Of a stretch of 64,000 bases of DNA, positions 42,267-50,850 are shown piece after piece. Source of the DNA: Halarcobacter sp. (GTDB lineage Bacteria; Campylobacterota; Campylobacteria; Campylobacterales; Arcobacteraceae); the NCBI GenBank assembly GCA_048571215.1, contig CP182352.1:2624001-2688000 (forward strand), in the 5' to 3' direction. A program made the translations under genes and the position numbers. Numbering within the stretch: the stretch's first letter is position 1; every line of letters begins with the position of its first letter. The notes under the pieces were generated by a model. That model was given only the letters and a program-made list of their open reading frames with translations. It was not told the origin of the DNA and did no database searches.

Positions 42267-43189
42267 AACCCTCCATATAAAGCTAATACTACTGGTATAT
42301 AAACAATAGAAATCAAAGTTGAAAGAAGTACAGTAAAGGAAGCTTTTTCAGGTTTTGCTTTAAGTAAAACTGCCAAAGTTACAGTATTACCTGCAAGGGG
42401 TACAATAGAGAATAAAAACATAACCTTATATATCTCTTCATCTAAAAAGTTTATAAAGTTTTTATCCACAAAAATAATAGCAAGTACTGCAGCTGGCCAA
42501 AAGAAAAATTTAAAAAAGTATGAGATTTTGATATATTTTTTATCAAAATCTTCATGGATATTAAAACCTTTCATCCCCATTCCAAGCATCATCATACCCA
42601 ATATTCCATATGCCCATTTTAAATTTTCAAAATAAGGTATTATAAAATCTGGTGTTCTAAATCCAACTAAATTAAAACAAAGGCCAGCAATAAAAGCATA
42701 AAGTAAAGGTAGTTTAATCACTTTTATTATTGATTGTCTTGCCGTAAAACTTCCCTTGGCTGTTACAAAAAAACCTGTTGTATTTTCATATAACAAAGAA
42801 GCCAAAGTTCCAAAAATAAAAATATTTGCACTATTTGGTTCAAGTAAAATCATAGCAAGTGGTATTCCAAAAAAACCAGTATTTCCTGTACCACAGGTAA
42901 ATGCCAAAGTATTTACACTAGCATCTTTCCATTCATTTTTATATCTATAAAGTATAAAAAAAGCAATGGCACTTCCAAAAACAAAAATAAATATGGGTAA
43001 AAATACAAGTTGTAAATTTATCTCAATAGATAATACAGCAAAGAAAATAACAACTGGACCTAAAATATAAATAAGTAGTGTTGCAACATGCTCTCTTTTT
43101 ACTTTTAAATATCTTGTTACAAGATAACCAATAATTATGTTTAAATACAAAGGAAAAATCTTTCCTAAAATGACCAAAAAAATATTCAA
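42263..43189 (-). CDS. AEC (auxin efflux carrier) family transporter
   Basis: GNTGFFGIPL motif, about 10 TMs, VLLSTLIS. Confidence 0.88.
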   Translation of the reverse strand: MNIFLVILGKIFPLYLNIIIGYLVTRYLKVKREHVATLLIYILGPVVIFFAVLSIEINLQLVFLPIFIFVFGSAIAFFILYRYKNEWKDASVNTLAFTCGTGNTGFFGIPLAMILLEPNSANIFIFGTLASLLYENTTGFFVTAKGSFTARQSIIKVIKLPLLYAFIAGLCFNLVGFRTPDFIIPYFENLKWAYGILGMMMLGMGMKGFNIHEDFDKKYIKISYFFKFFFWPAAVLAIIFVDKNFINFLDEEIYKVMFLFSIVPLAGNTVTLAVLLKAKPEKASFTVLLSTLISIVYIPVVLALYGGF

Positions 43190-44473
43190 TTAAATTCCTA
43201 AATAGTTTGATAATAAAAAAAGGATTATAACACAAACTATATACATCTTTAAGGTATATGGTATATTTATTTTAAAAATCTCAATAGCATTTAAATTATA
43301 CCTTGCTTGCATGGTTAGGTTTAGCCCACTAAAAGGTGAGGTTGAGACTGCTATTGCCCAAGACATTAAAAAACTTACAGCTAATAAGGTATGATTTAAT
43401 TCACTAACCCAATTACCAATAATAGCAATAGAGATTATAGGGTGGATACCAATAAAAGATAAAAAGATAAAAACAAAAAGTAAAATTGAGGCACTTAAAC
43501 CATCAAATTTATCAAAGGGAAAGGAGATATCATATCCAATCAAAATTGAACTGATACTAACTCCAAACATACCTGCAACTAGAAATAGTGCTATCTCATT
43601 TTTCATTTTAGGTAACTCATCACTTATATGAAAGTTCACCTCACTTATAGCTTTTTTCATACCCACTTTTAAAGGTAAAATAAGAGATGTCAAAATTATA
43701 GAGAAAAAAGAGATTAGTAAAATTACCTTTAGTTGAGGATAATAGTGATTTGTAAGCAATACCATCAAAGCCAAAATAAAAGGCAAATATAAAGTTTGAA
43801 AATGTATAGGGTAACCTTCAAACTTGTCAATATCATATTTGGAACTGTTTAAATCTAAATAAGTAAAAGCAAAAGTACAAAAAGCTAAAAAAAGTCCCGT
43901 GAAAACTATTGTAATAGTTGATAGATTTGGGGCATAAGTTGAAGCTGCTGCAAAGGCAACAAAAAAAGGTGACCAATATGCATCTGAAGAGAAAGCTCTT
44001 GTTAGTACAATTATTTGCTCTTTTGTTAATCTAGAAAACTTATACATTTTATCTGCAACTAAAATCAAAGCTGATAGATTTATAACTGAACCAAAAAGGT
44101 GTATCCCAAAATATGTGTTTAAAAACGATTTTTTACCCTTAGGCAACACCTTTAGTTTTTCTACTTTTGGTGTTGTAATAAGTCTTAAAAAACCTACACC
44201 AATCAAAAGAGTAAGTAGATATTGATTTACTGAGATTGCCCTTTTATAATCTACATCAAACCCTTGGATAGAACTAAATATAAAACAAGCTAATGAAAAT
44301 ATAAATAAAACTATAAGCAACTTAATATTTGAGCACTTCTTAAACAATAATCCAAGTGCTAACCAAGCTAAGATCCCTGAGAAAATAGATAAAAAGCTAG
44401 GAAAGAAATAGCTATATATAGTTATAATAAATGATAAAAAGATTAATATTCCGGATATTTTTTGTAAAATCAT
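43190..44473 (-). CDS. Polytopic membrane protein, probable transporter
   Basis: About 12 TMs; WSPFFVA, GIHPIISI, SPFSG motifs; start uncertain (44473 or 44488). Confidence 0.7.
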   Translation of the reverse strand: MILQKISGILIFLSFIITIYSYFFPSFLSIFSGILAWLALGLLFKKCSNIKLLIVLFIFSLACFIFSSIQGFDVDYKRAISVNQYLLTLLIGVGFLRLITTPKVEKLKVLPKGKKSFLNTYFGIHLFGSVINLSALILVADKMYKFSRLTKEQIIVLTRAFSSDAYWSPFFVAFAAASTYAPNLSTITIVFTGLFLAFCTFAFTYLDLNSSKYDIDKFEGYPIHFQTLYLPFILALMVLLTNHYYPQLKVILLISFFSIILTSLILPLKVGMKKAISEVNFHISDELPKMKNEIALFLVAGMFGVSISSILIGYDISFPFDKFDGLSASILLFVFIFLSFIGIHPIISIAIIGNWVSELNHTLLAVSFLMSWAIAVSTSPFSGLNLTMQARYNLNAIEIFKINIPYTLKMYIVCVIILFLLSNYLGI

Positions 44474-44548
44474 GATGCAATTATACATAATTTAATTCGC
44501 TTTTTTCTCTCTTTTGCTAAAATAAAAGAAATTTAAATAAGGACAACT

Positions 44549-45094
44549 TTGCTAAGACTTGGTTCAAACTCTTCCACACGCGCAAAAATATTAAATGATA
44601 ACAATATAGAATTTATACAAAATGGAGGAGATTTTGATGAAGATAAAATCAAAACTAAAAATCCAAAATCATTTGTATATGAAGCAACTATAGGCAAATA
44701 TAATGAACTAATTAAAAAATATGGATGTGATGATATGCCCCTACTAGTAGCTGATTCAGTGGTAACAGCAAATAATCAACTTCTAAGAAAAGCAAAAGAT
44801 GAAGAAGATGCAAGAAAAATGCTAGAGCTTCAAAGTGGAAACAAAACCTCTGTTATAACTTGTATGATATACCATAGCAAAGAAAAAAAAGTTATCGATA
44901 TCTCAATCACAACATATAAATTTGAAGAGTTTGATAAAACGCATATGGAAAACTATATAAAATCAGGTGAATGTTTTGGAAAAGCAGGAGCAATTATGGT
45001 TGAGGGGTTTTGTAAGCCTTATATAAAAAGTGTTATAGGATATGAAAGTACTGCAATGGGACTTTGTGTTGAGAAGTTGAAGATTTATCTTTGA
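44549..45094 (+). CDS. maf: Maf family nucleoside triphosphate pyrophosphatase
   Basis: LGSNSSTR, VADSVV, GKAGA, MGL; AAGGA SD with TTG start. Confidence 0.93.
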   Translation: MLRLGSNSSTRAKILNDNNIEFIQNGGDFDEDKIKTKNPKSFVYEATIGKYNELIKKYGCDDMPLLVADSVVTANNQLLRKAKDEEDARKMLELQSGNKTSVITCMIYHSKEKKVIDISITTYKFEEFDKTHMENYIKSGECFGKAGAIMVEGFCKPYIKSVIGYESTAMGLCVEKLKIYL

Positions 45095-45456
45095 AAAATT
45101 AGAAATTTTCTAACAGAATAATTATAAAAAAAAAGTAAACCTGTTACTATGATTTTTGATACACCTACATCTATTTTCAATAAATCATGAAAACAGTATA
45201 ATAGGAATAGATTTAAAACTAGACTTGTAGCACTCACAATGTATATTAGAAAAATCTCATGATGTTTTTTAAACTTTTTACCACTTTCAAATACAAACTT
45301 TATACTCAAATAATAATTCACAAAAGTTGCAATAATAAAAGTAAAAAATCCTACTACTAAATAATTATATGATAAAAATTTTGCAAAAATAAAAAATAAA
45401 CCTACATCAACAACTGCTGCAGTCCCACCTACGAAAAAATATTTAATAATTTTCAA
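45085..45456 (-). CDS. GtrA family lipid-linked sugar flippase
   Basis: KYFFVGG.AAVVD, NYYLS.KFVF, YNY..RKFLIF; 4 TMs. Confidence 0.92.
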   Translation of the reverse strand: MKIIKYFFVGGTAAVVDVGLFFIFAKFLSYNYLVVGFFTFIIATFVNYYLSIKFVFESGKKFKKHHEIFLIYIVSATSLVLNLFLLYCFHDLLKIDVGVSKIIVTGLLFFYNYSVRKFLIFQR

Positions 45457-45534
45457 TTATATAGCCTTTTAAATTACAAATTAATTGTATTAAAATAATA
45501 CTTATTATAAAATTATCTATTTAAAGATTATTAA

Positions 45535-47021
45535 ATGGAGCACTTATTAAAAAAATTATTTCAAGTAACTTTTTACCTTACATTATCTTTTTTATATTAT
45601 CTTTTTTAATAATCATATCATTTGGCTATACTATGCATAGTGATGGTTGGCGCCATTTAGCTATGGCATTAAATAAAAATGAAATTGGCTCATGGGATAA
45701 AATTTTAATTCATTCTCTTTACAAGAATTATGACCCTTGGTTTATTTGGCATCAATTTTTAAAAATTATTATAATTTTATTTAATAAAGATAATGTACAT
45801 ATTGTTGTAAACCTTATTGTATATTTTTCACTATCTTCTTGGTATTTTTTAACTCTTAAACAATTTGCAAAAATCAATATCTATTTTATTATATTAATCT
45901 CAATTTTTACACCAATTCTAAATGAAAGATATTTTCAACTAAGACCCGATATTGTAATTGGATTACTTATGTTATATCTAATTATAAAAAAAAATATAAT
46001 CACTTATACTATAACAATACTCTTAGCTCCATTATACTATCTCTTTTGGTTCTTTTTAGGATACCTTGCCTTAATTAAAATAGTTTTAAAAGATTATAAA
46101 AGTTTCTTTTATATTTCCATATCTATATTTATTGGATTTTTAATATATTTTCTTTATGATTATGAACAGTATATATATATTTTAAAGCTTGTATTTAGTA
46201 ATGATCAATTAACTTCAAAATTTACGGTAAATGAAAGTTTACCTGTTTTTATACCCTTAGAATTAAAAAATTATATTGGCAGTGCTTCTTTACTCTTTAT
46301 ACTATTTTCAAGTTCAGTATTCTGCTTATATAAGTTAAAAATTAAAAACAAACTGCTTAAATATTTTATTCTCTTTCTACCTTTAATGCTCATTCAAAAT
46401 AGATTTTTTGATTTGCTTCAACCTCTTTTTATCACTGCTTCAATTATAATAAGTATAAAAATCAAAAATTATGTAGATTCATATGGAATAAAAAAACCAA
46501 TTAATCATATAAAAACTTTTATTGATGAGAAAACATATTTTAGTCTTATAAAGAAAAAACATTTCCCAATTTTATTATTTATATTTTTATTAGGCATTTT
46601 TATTTATATATTTATTTCATATAAAAATAAATATACTAATCAATATCAATATATCCTTTCACATAAATTTATTGCTGAAAAAGAATTCCACAATAAACGA
46701 ATTTTTATAAACAAAATGTATACTCTAATGGATGTCTCATTCTTATTTAATCCAACAGCACAATACCTTCCTAACTTTTCTTTAGGTTGGGTTGACTATA
46801 ATACACCAAACAAAAAAATCTATTTCAAAATATTAAGTAGTTATCAAAAAGTTTCACAAAAAGAACTTATTGGTTTTTTAAAACTAAATGAGATAGATTA
46901 TTTTATTATTGATACTAAATTTAAAACTAATTTAACCGTTTCTAATAAAGAAATGAAGCATAATGGTTATAAATTTTATAAAATAATTGATGATTATATA
47001 ATATTTAAGAGAGACAATTAA
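45535..47021 (+). CDS. Putative GT-C-fold membrane glycosyltransferase, paralog 1 (5' end ambiguous: frameshift at A7 or ATT start)
   Basis: Polytopic with [29 protein letters not shown] shared with 48424-49908; frame open from 45525 but first in-frame ATG is 45633. Confidence 0.65.
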
Positions 47022-47024
47022 AAA

Positions 47025-48443
47025 ATGAAGAAAAATGTGATTATTATCGGTGCTGGCCCTGCTGGCTTAACTGCTGCCTATGAATTGCTGAAAACAAAAA
47101 ATTATAATATAACAATTTTAGAAGACTCTGAATATATAGGTGGTATTTCAAAAACCTTTAATCATAATGGAAATCGCATTGATATTGGAGGACATAGATT
47201 TTTTAGTAAAATCAAAAAAGTCAATTCTTGGTGGGATGAAGTTTTAGATGAGAATTTTTTGATAAGAAATAGAAAATCAAGAATCCTTTATGAAAGAGAT
47301 TTTTATGATTATCCTGTAACTTTAAATAAAACAACCATTAAAAATTTAGGCTTAACTAGATTTATTAAAATTGGTTTTTCATATCTAAAAGCAGCTATTT
47401 TTAAAAGAGATGAAAAAACTTTAGAAGATTTTTTTATCAATAGATTTGGGTATGAACTTTATGCTACTTTTTTTAGAGATTATACTGAAAAAGTTTGGGG
47501 TGTTCCTTGTAATAAGATAGATGCACTATTTGGACATCAAAGGATAAAAGGCTTATCTATTAGTTCTGTATTACTACACATGTTAAAAAAATCTTTTGGT
47601 AGTTTAAACTCTAAAAATATAGAAACTTCTTTAATAGAAGAGTTTAAATACCCCAAATATGGTCCTGGTCAACTTTGGGAAAATGTTTCAAAAAAGATCG
47701 AAACTCTAGGTGGAAAGATAATATTTAATGAAAAAGTTGATACATTAAAAATCAAAAAAAACCATACAATAAAAATTAAAACCCAAAACAACTCTTATGA
47801 AGCTGATTTTATCTTCTCATCTATGCCAATCAAAGATTTAATAAACACAATTAAAAAAGCTCCGTCAGATATAAAAAACTTAGCAAATAATTTAGAATAT
47901 AGAGACTTTATAACAGTAGGTCTATTACTTAAAAACTCTAAATTAGATACTTTAAAAGACAATTGGATTTATATTCAAGAATCTGATGTAAAAATAGGAA
48001 GACTTCAAATATTTAATAATTGGTCTCCTTTTTTAGTAAAAGATAAAAATACAACTTGGATAGGATTGGAATACTTTTGTAATGAAAATGATGAACTTTG
48101 GAATATGAAAGAAGAAGAGTTTATCAACTTTGCAATTTCAGAATTAGAAAAATTAGATTTAATAAAAAAAGAGTCTGTAATTGATTCTATTCAATTGAAA
48201 GTAAAAAAAGCCTATCCTTCTTATTTTGGTTCATATGATAGATTTGATGAAATCAAAAAGTATTTAAATACTATAGAAAATCTATTTTGTATAGGAAGAA
48301 ATGGTCAACATAGATACAATAATATGGATCATTCTATGATGACAAGTTTTGAAGCAGTAAAAGCTTTAGAAACAAATAGTTCAAAACAGAACCTTTGGGA
48401 TATAAATACAGAAAAAGAGTACCATGAATCAACTTCTAAATAA
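47025..48443 (+). CDS. FAD-dependent oxidoreductase, UDP-galactopyranose-mutase-like
   Basis: [38 protein letters not shown]; mutase function is inferred. Confidence 0.8.
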   Translation: MKKNVIIIGAGPAGLTAAYELLKTKNYNITILEDSEYIGGISKTFNHNGNRIDIGGHRFFSKIKKVNSWWDEVLDENFLIRNRKSRILYERDFYDYPVTLNKTTIKNLGLTRFIKIGFSYLKAAIFKRDEKTLEDFFINRFGYELYATFFRDYTEKVWGVPCNKIDALFGHQRIKGLSISSVLLHMLKKSFGSLNSKNIETSLIEEFKYPKYGPGQLWENVSKKIETLGGKIIFNEKVDTLKIKKNHTIKIKTQNNSYEADFIFSSMPIKDLINTIKKAPSDIKNLANNLEYRDFITVGLLLKNSKLDTLKDNWIYIQESDVKIGRLQIFNNWSPFLVKDKNTTWIGLEYFCNENDELWNMKEEEFINFAISELEKLDLIKKESVIDSIQLKVKKAYPSYFGSYDRFDEIKKYLNTIENLFCIGRNGQHRYNNMDHSMMTSFEAVKALETNSSKQNLWDINTEKEYHESTSK

Positions 48444-49908
48444 TAAATATTTTAATATTTTAATATTCCCATTATTTTTTATTTTTGGTCAAGTAGTATC
48501 AAACTTGATGAATTATACCATGTTTGATGATGGATGGAGACATCTTGCTATGGCATTTTACAAAGATGAGATGGGTAGTTGGGGAGAACTTTTTATTCAC
48601 TCTTTATATAAAGATTATGATCCTTGGTTTATGTGGCATAATCTTTTAAATCTTTTATCAACCATATCATCAAATGATAAAGTGCATATCTTAATAAATG
48701 GTTTTGTTTATGCAGCCTTATCAAGCTGGTTTTATATTGTATTTAAAAAATATTCTAAATTTGATATTTATTTAACAATATTTTTATCGTTAATGCTACC
48801 TATTTTAAACTATCGATATTTTTATCTCAGACCTGATTTATTAAGTGGTTTATTTTTATTATATTTTATGTTAATTCAAAAAAGATACCTTATAGTTTTA
48901 GTTTCTTTAATCTATATGCCATTTTATTATGTATTTTGGTTCTATTTTGGATATTTAGGAATATTAAAACTATTTTTAAAGAAATATAAAGACTTAATAC
49001 TTTTGATTATTCTTTGTATTATTGGTTTTATTTTTCATCTCTCTTATGATTTTAATGGTTTTATTGATACCACAATGAACGTATTAAACAATGATACTCT
49101 ATTGCAAGGTCAATCTGTAGGTGAAAGTAATCCAACTTTTTTCCCTCTATCAATAAAAAACTATTTTGGAACTACAATTTTATTAGTGTTTTTTCTAATG
49201 CTATCTTATCTTTTTTATATTGTATTTAAACCTAAAGATAGATTATTAGAACTTCTGATTTTTTTCGCCCCATTGATTTTATTGCAAGCTAGATTTTACG
49301 CACTTTTATATCCCTTAATCTTAGCCTATGCAGCTATTTTGACTCATAGGTTTTGCAAACTTATCTATGAAAATAGTTTAAGTTATACTATAGATTTAAT
49401 TGTAAACTTTATAAAAAACAGATCATATCTTGGAAATATTCCCAAAAAATATTATAAAACAATTTTAATAATTCTAATCTCTTCAATTTTAATTTTTACA
49501 TTTACTGATAAAATTTTCTCATATAGAAAGTTTAGTAATGATGTAAAAGATTTAAACTTTATTGCTAAAGAAGAGTTTAAAAATAAAAGGATTCTATTTA
49601 CTACAATGAATATATCTTTATATATTAGTATATACAAAAATCCAACAGCAAAATATCTTCCTAGTTGTTCTTTAGGATGGGTTGATTACAAAGATAAAAA
49701 ACTTAAAAATACTTATTTTAATTTAATAACTAATTCAGATAAACTAAATAACCAAGATTTTTTTAAGTTTTTAAAGTATAATAAAATTGATGTAATAATT
49801 GTAGATAAAGATACAAATAATCTTAAGTTTAATAATGTAGAAATAAGCGATTTTGGTTATAAGTTTTATAAATTATATAAAAATAATATAATTTTTATAA
49901 AAAATTAA
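48424..49908 (+). CDS. Putative GT-C-fold membrane glycosyltransferase, paralog 2
   Basis: TM1 followed by acidic DDGWRHL loop, LRPD, about 11 TMs, soluble C-terminal domain. Confidence 0.7.
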   Translation: MNQLLNNKYFNILIFPLFFIFGQVVSNLMNYTMFDDGWRHLAMAFYKDEMGSWGELFIHSLYKDYDPWFMWHNLLNLLSTISSNDKVHILINGFVYAALSSWFYIVFKKYSKFDIYLTIFLSLMLPILNYRYFYLRPDLLSGLFLLYFMLIQKRYLIVLVSLIYMPFYYVFWFYFGYLGILKLFLKKYKDLILLIILCIIGFIFHLSYDFNGFIDTTMNVLNNDTLLQGQSVGESNPTFFPLSIKNYFGTTILLVFFLMLSYLFYIVFKPKDRLLELLIFFAPLILLQARFYALLYPLILAYAAILTHRFCKLIYENSLSYTIDLIVNFIKNRSYLGNIPKKYYKTILIILISSILIFTFTDKIFSYRKFSNDVKDLNFIAKEEFKNKRILFTTMNISLYISIYKNPTAKYLPSCSLGWVDYKDKKLKNTYFNLITNSDKLNNQDFFKFLKYNKIDVIIVDKDTNNLKFNNVEISDFGYKFYKLYKNNIIFIKN

Positions 49909-49921
49909 AGTATATCTAAGC

Positions 49922-49950
49922 TATAATGAATAAATAGTTTAATTTAGGAG
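49922..49950 (+). promoter_or_regulatory. Putative sigma70 -10 box and SD of flp1
   Basis: TATAAT at 49922-49927; AGGAG at 49946-49950. Confidence 0.6.
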
Positions 49951-49956
49951 TTAAAA

Positions 49957-50154
49957 ATGTTAGATTTCTTAAAAAGAAGATTAAAGTCAGAAAAAGGTGC
50001 TATGGATAAAATCCTTGTTACATTGTTATTAGTTGTTATTGGTGTTGGTCTAGTTGTTGGTCTACAATCGTGGGTTGGATCTCAAAAAAATGCTTTACAA
50101 AACTCAGCAAATAATGTTATAAACAGTGCTAAAAACAACGCAAATAATAGCTAA
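49957..50154 (+). CDS. Flp-like pilin 1 (probable major pilin)
   Basis: 65 aa; basic leader ending KSEKG, about 20-residue hydrophobic helix, amphipathic tail; strong SD; heads the tad cluster. Confidence 0.85.
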   Translation: MLDFLKRRLKSEKGAMDKILVTLLLVVIGVGLVVGLQSWVGSQKNALQNSANNVINSAKNNANNS

Positions 50155-50165
50155 TATTTTAGAAA

Positions 50166-50196
50166 ATAAGTAGATAAAAATATTTTATCTACTTAT
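50166..50196 (+). terminator. Hairpin between flp1 and flp2
   Basis: ATAAGTAGATAAAA-ata-TTTTATCTACTTAT perfect 14 bp stem. Confidence 0.65.
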
Positions 50197-50203
50197 ACTA
50201 ATA

Positions 50204-50398
50204 GTGAATATGAAACTTTATATAAAACTTAAATCACAAAAAGGTGCCATGGATAAAATCCTTGTTACTTTGTTACTTACTATTGTTGCTGTTGTTGCCA
50301 TAATTGGTATTGAACAATGGTCAAGTAGTAAAAAAGATGAGTTAAAAAATCAATCAAACAATACAATAACAAAAATAAAGAATGAAATAAATCAATAA
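50204..50398 (+). CDS. Flp-like pilin 2
   Basis: LKSQKGAMDKILVTLLL is nearly identical to flp1; start GTG 50204 or ATG 50210. Confidence 0.82.
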   Translation: MNMKLYIKLKSQKGAMDKILVTLLLTIVAVVAIIGIEQWSSSKKDELKNQSNNTITKIKNEINQ

Positions 50399-50830
50399 AT
50401 GATCTTTTCTATATCATTTTATATTTTTTCACTTTTCATTTCATATATTGATTGTAAAAAACGACTTATTCCAAATACTCTTTTGCTTACATTAACTTTT
50501 TTTTTGTTAATTTTTGGTTACTTAGAAAATAAGCTACATATCTATTCTTTTCTTGTATTATTATTAATTTTACTTTTTTTTGTTATAATAGTATTGATAG
50601 TCCCAAAGATGATTTTAGGTGGTGGAGATATAAAGTACTTTATGGTTGTAGCAATATATTTGCAACCTCTTTATTTCCCATTATTTTTACTATTTTGTGG
50701 TATATTTCAATTTATTTTATTGATATATTTTCAAAACATAAAAAAAAGGCGTACAGCTCCAATGGCACCAGCTATAATTTTTGCTGTATTTATAACTGAA
50801 ATAGTTAAAAGCTTAGAAATCTACCTTTAA
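50399..50830 (+). CDS. A24 prepilin peptidase (TadV/CpaA-like)
   Basis: YIDCKKRLIPN and GGGDIK catalytic aspartates; APMAPAI; no methylase domain. Confidence 0.92.
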   Translation: MIFSISFYIFSLFISYIDCKKRLIPNTLLLTLTFFLLIFGYLENKLHIYSFLVLLLILLFFVIIVLIVPKMILGGGDIKYFMVVAIYLQPLYFPLFLLFCGIFQFILLIYFQNIKKRRTAPMAPAIIFAVFITEIVKSLEIYL

Positions 50831-50850
50831 ATAGCTCCAAGGAGTCTCTT

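Noticed and set aside
47025..48443. Protoporphyrinogen oxidase (HemY) call
   Set aside because: Only the general FAD fold fits; the context (GtrA, GT-C-like genes) and the GGH / RY.N.DHS motifs favour a sugar-modifying enzyme
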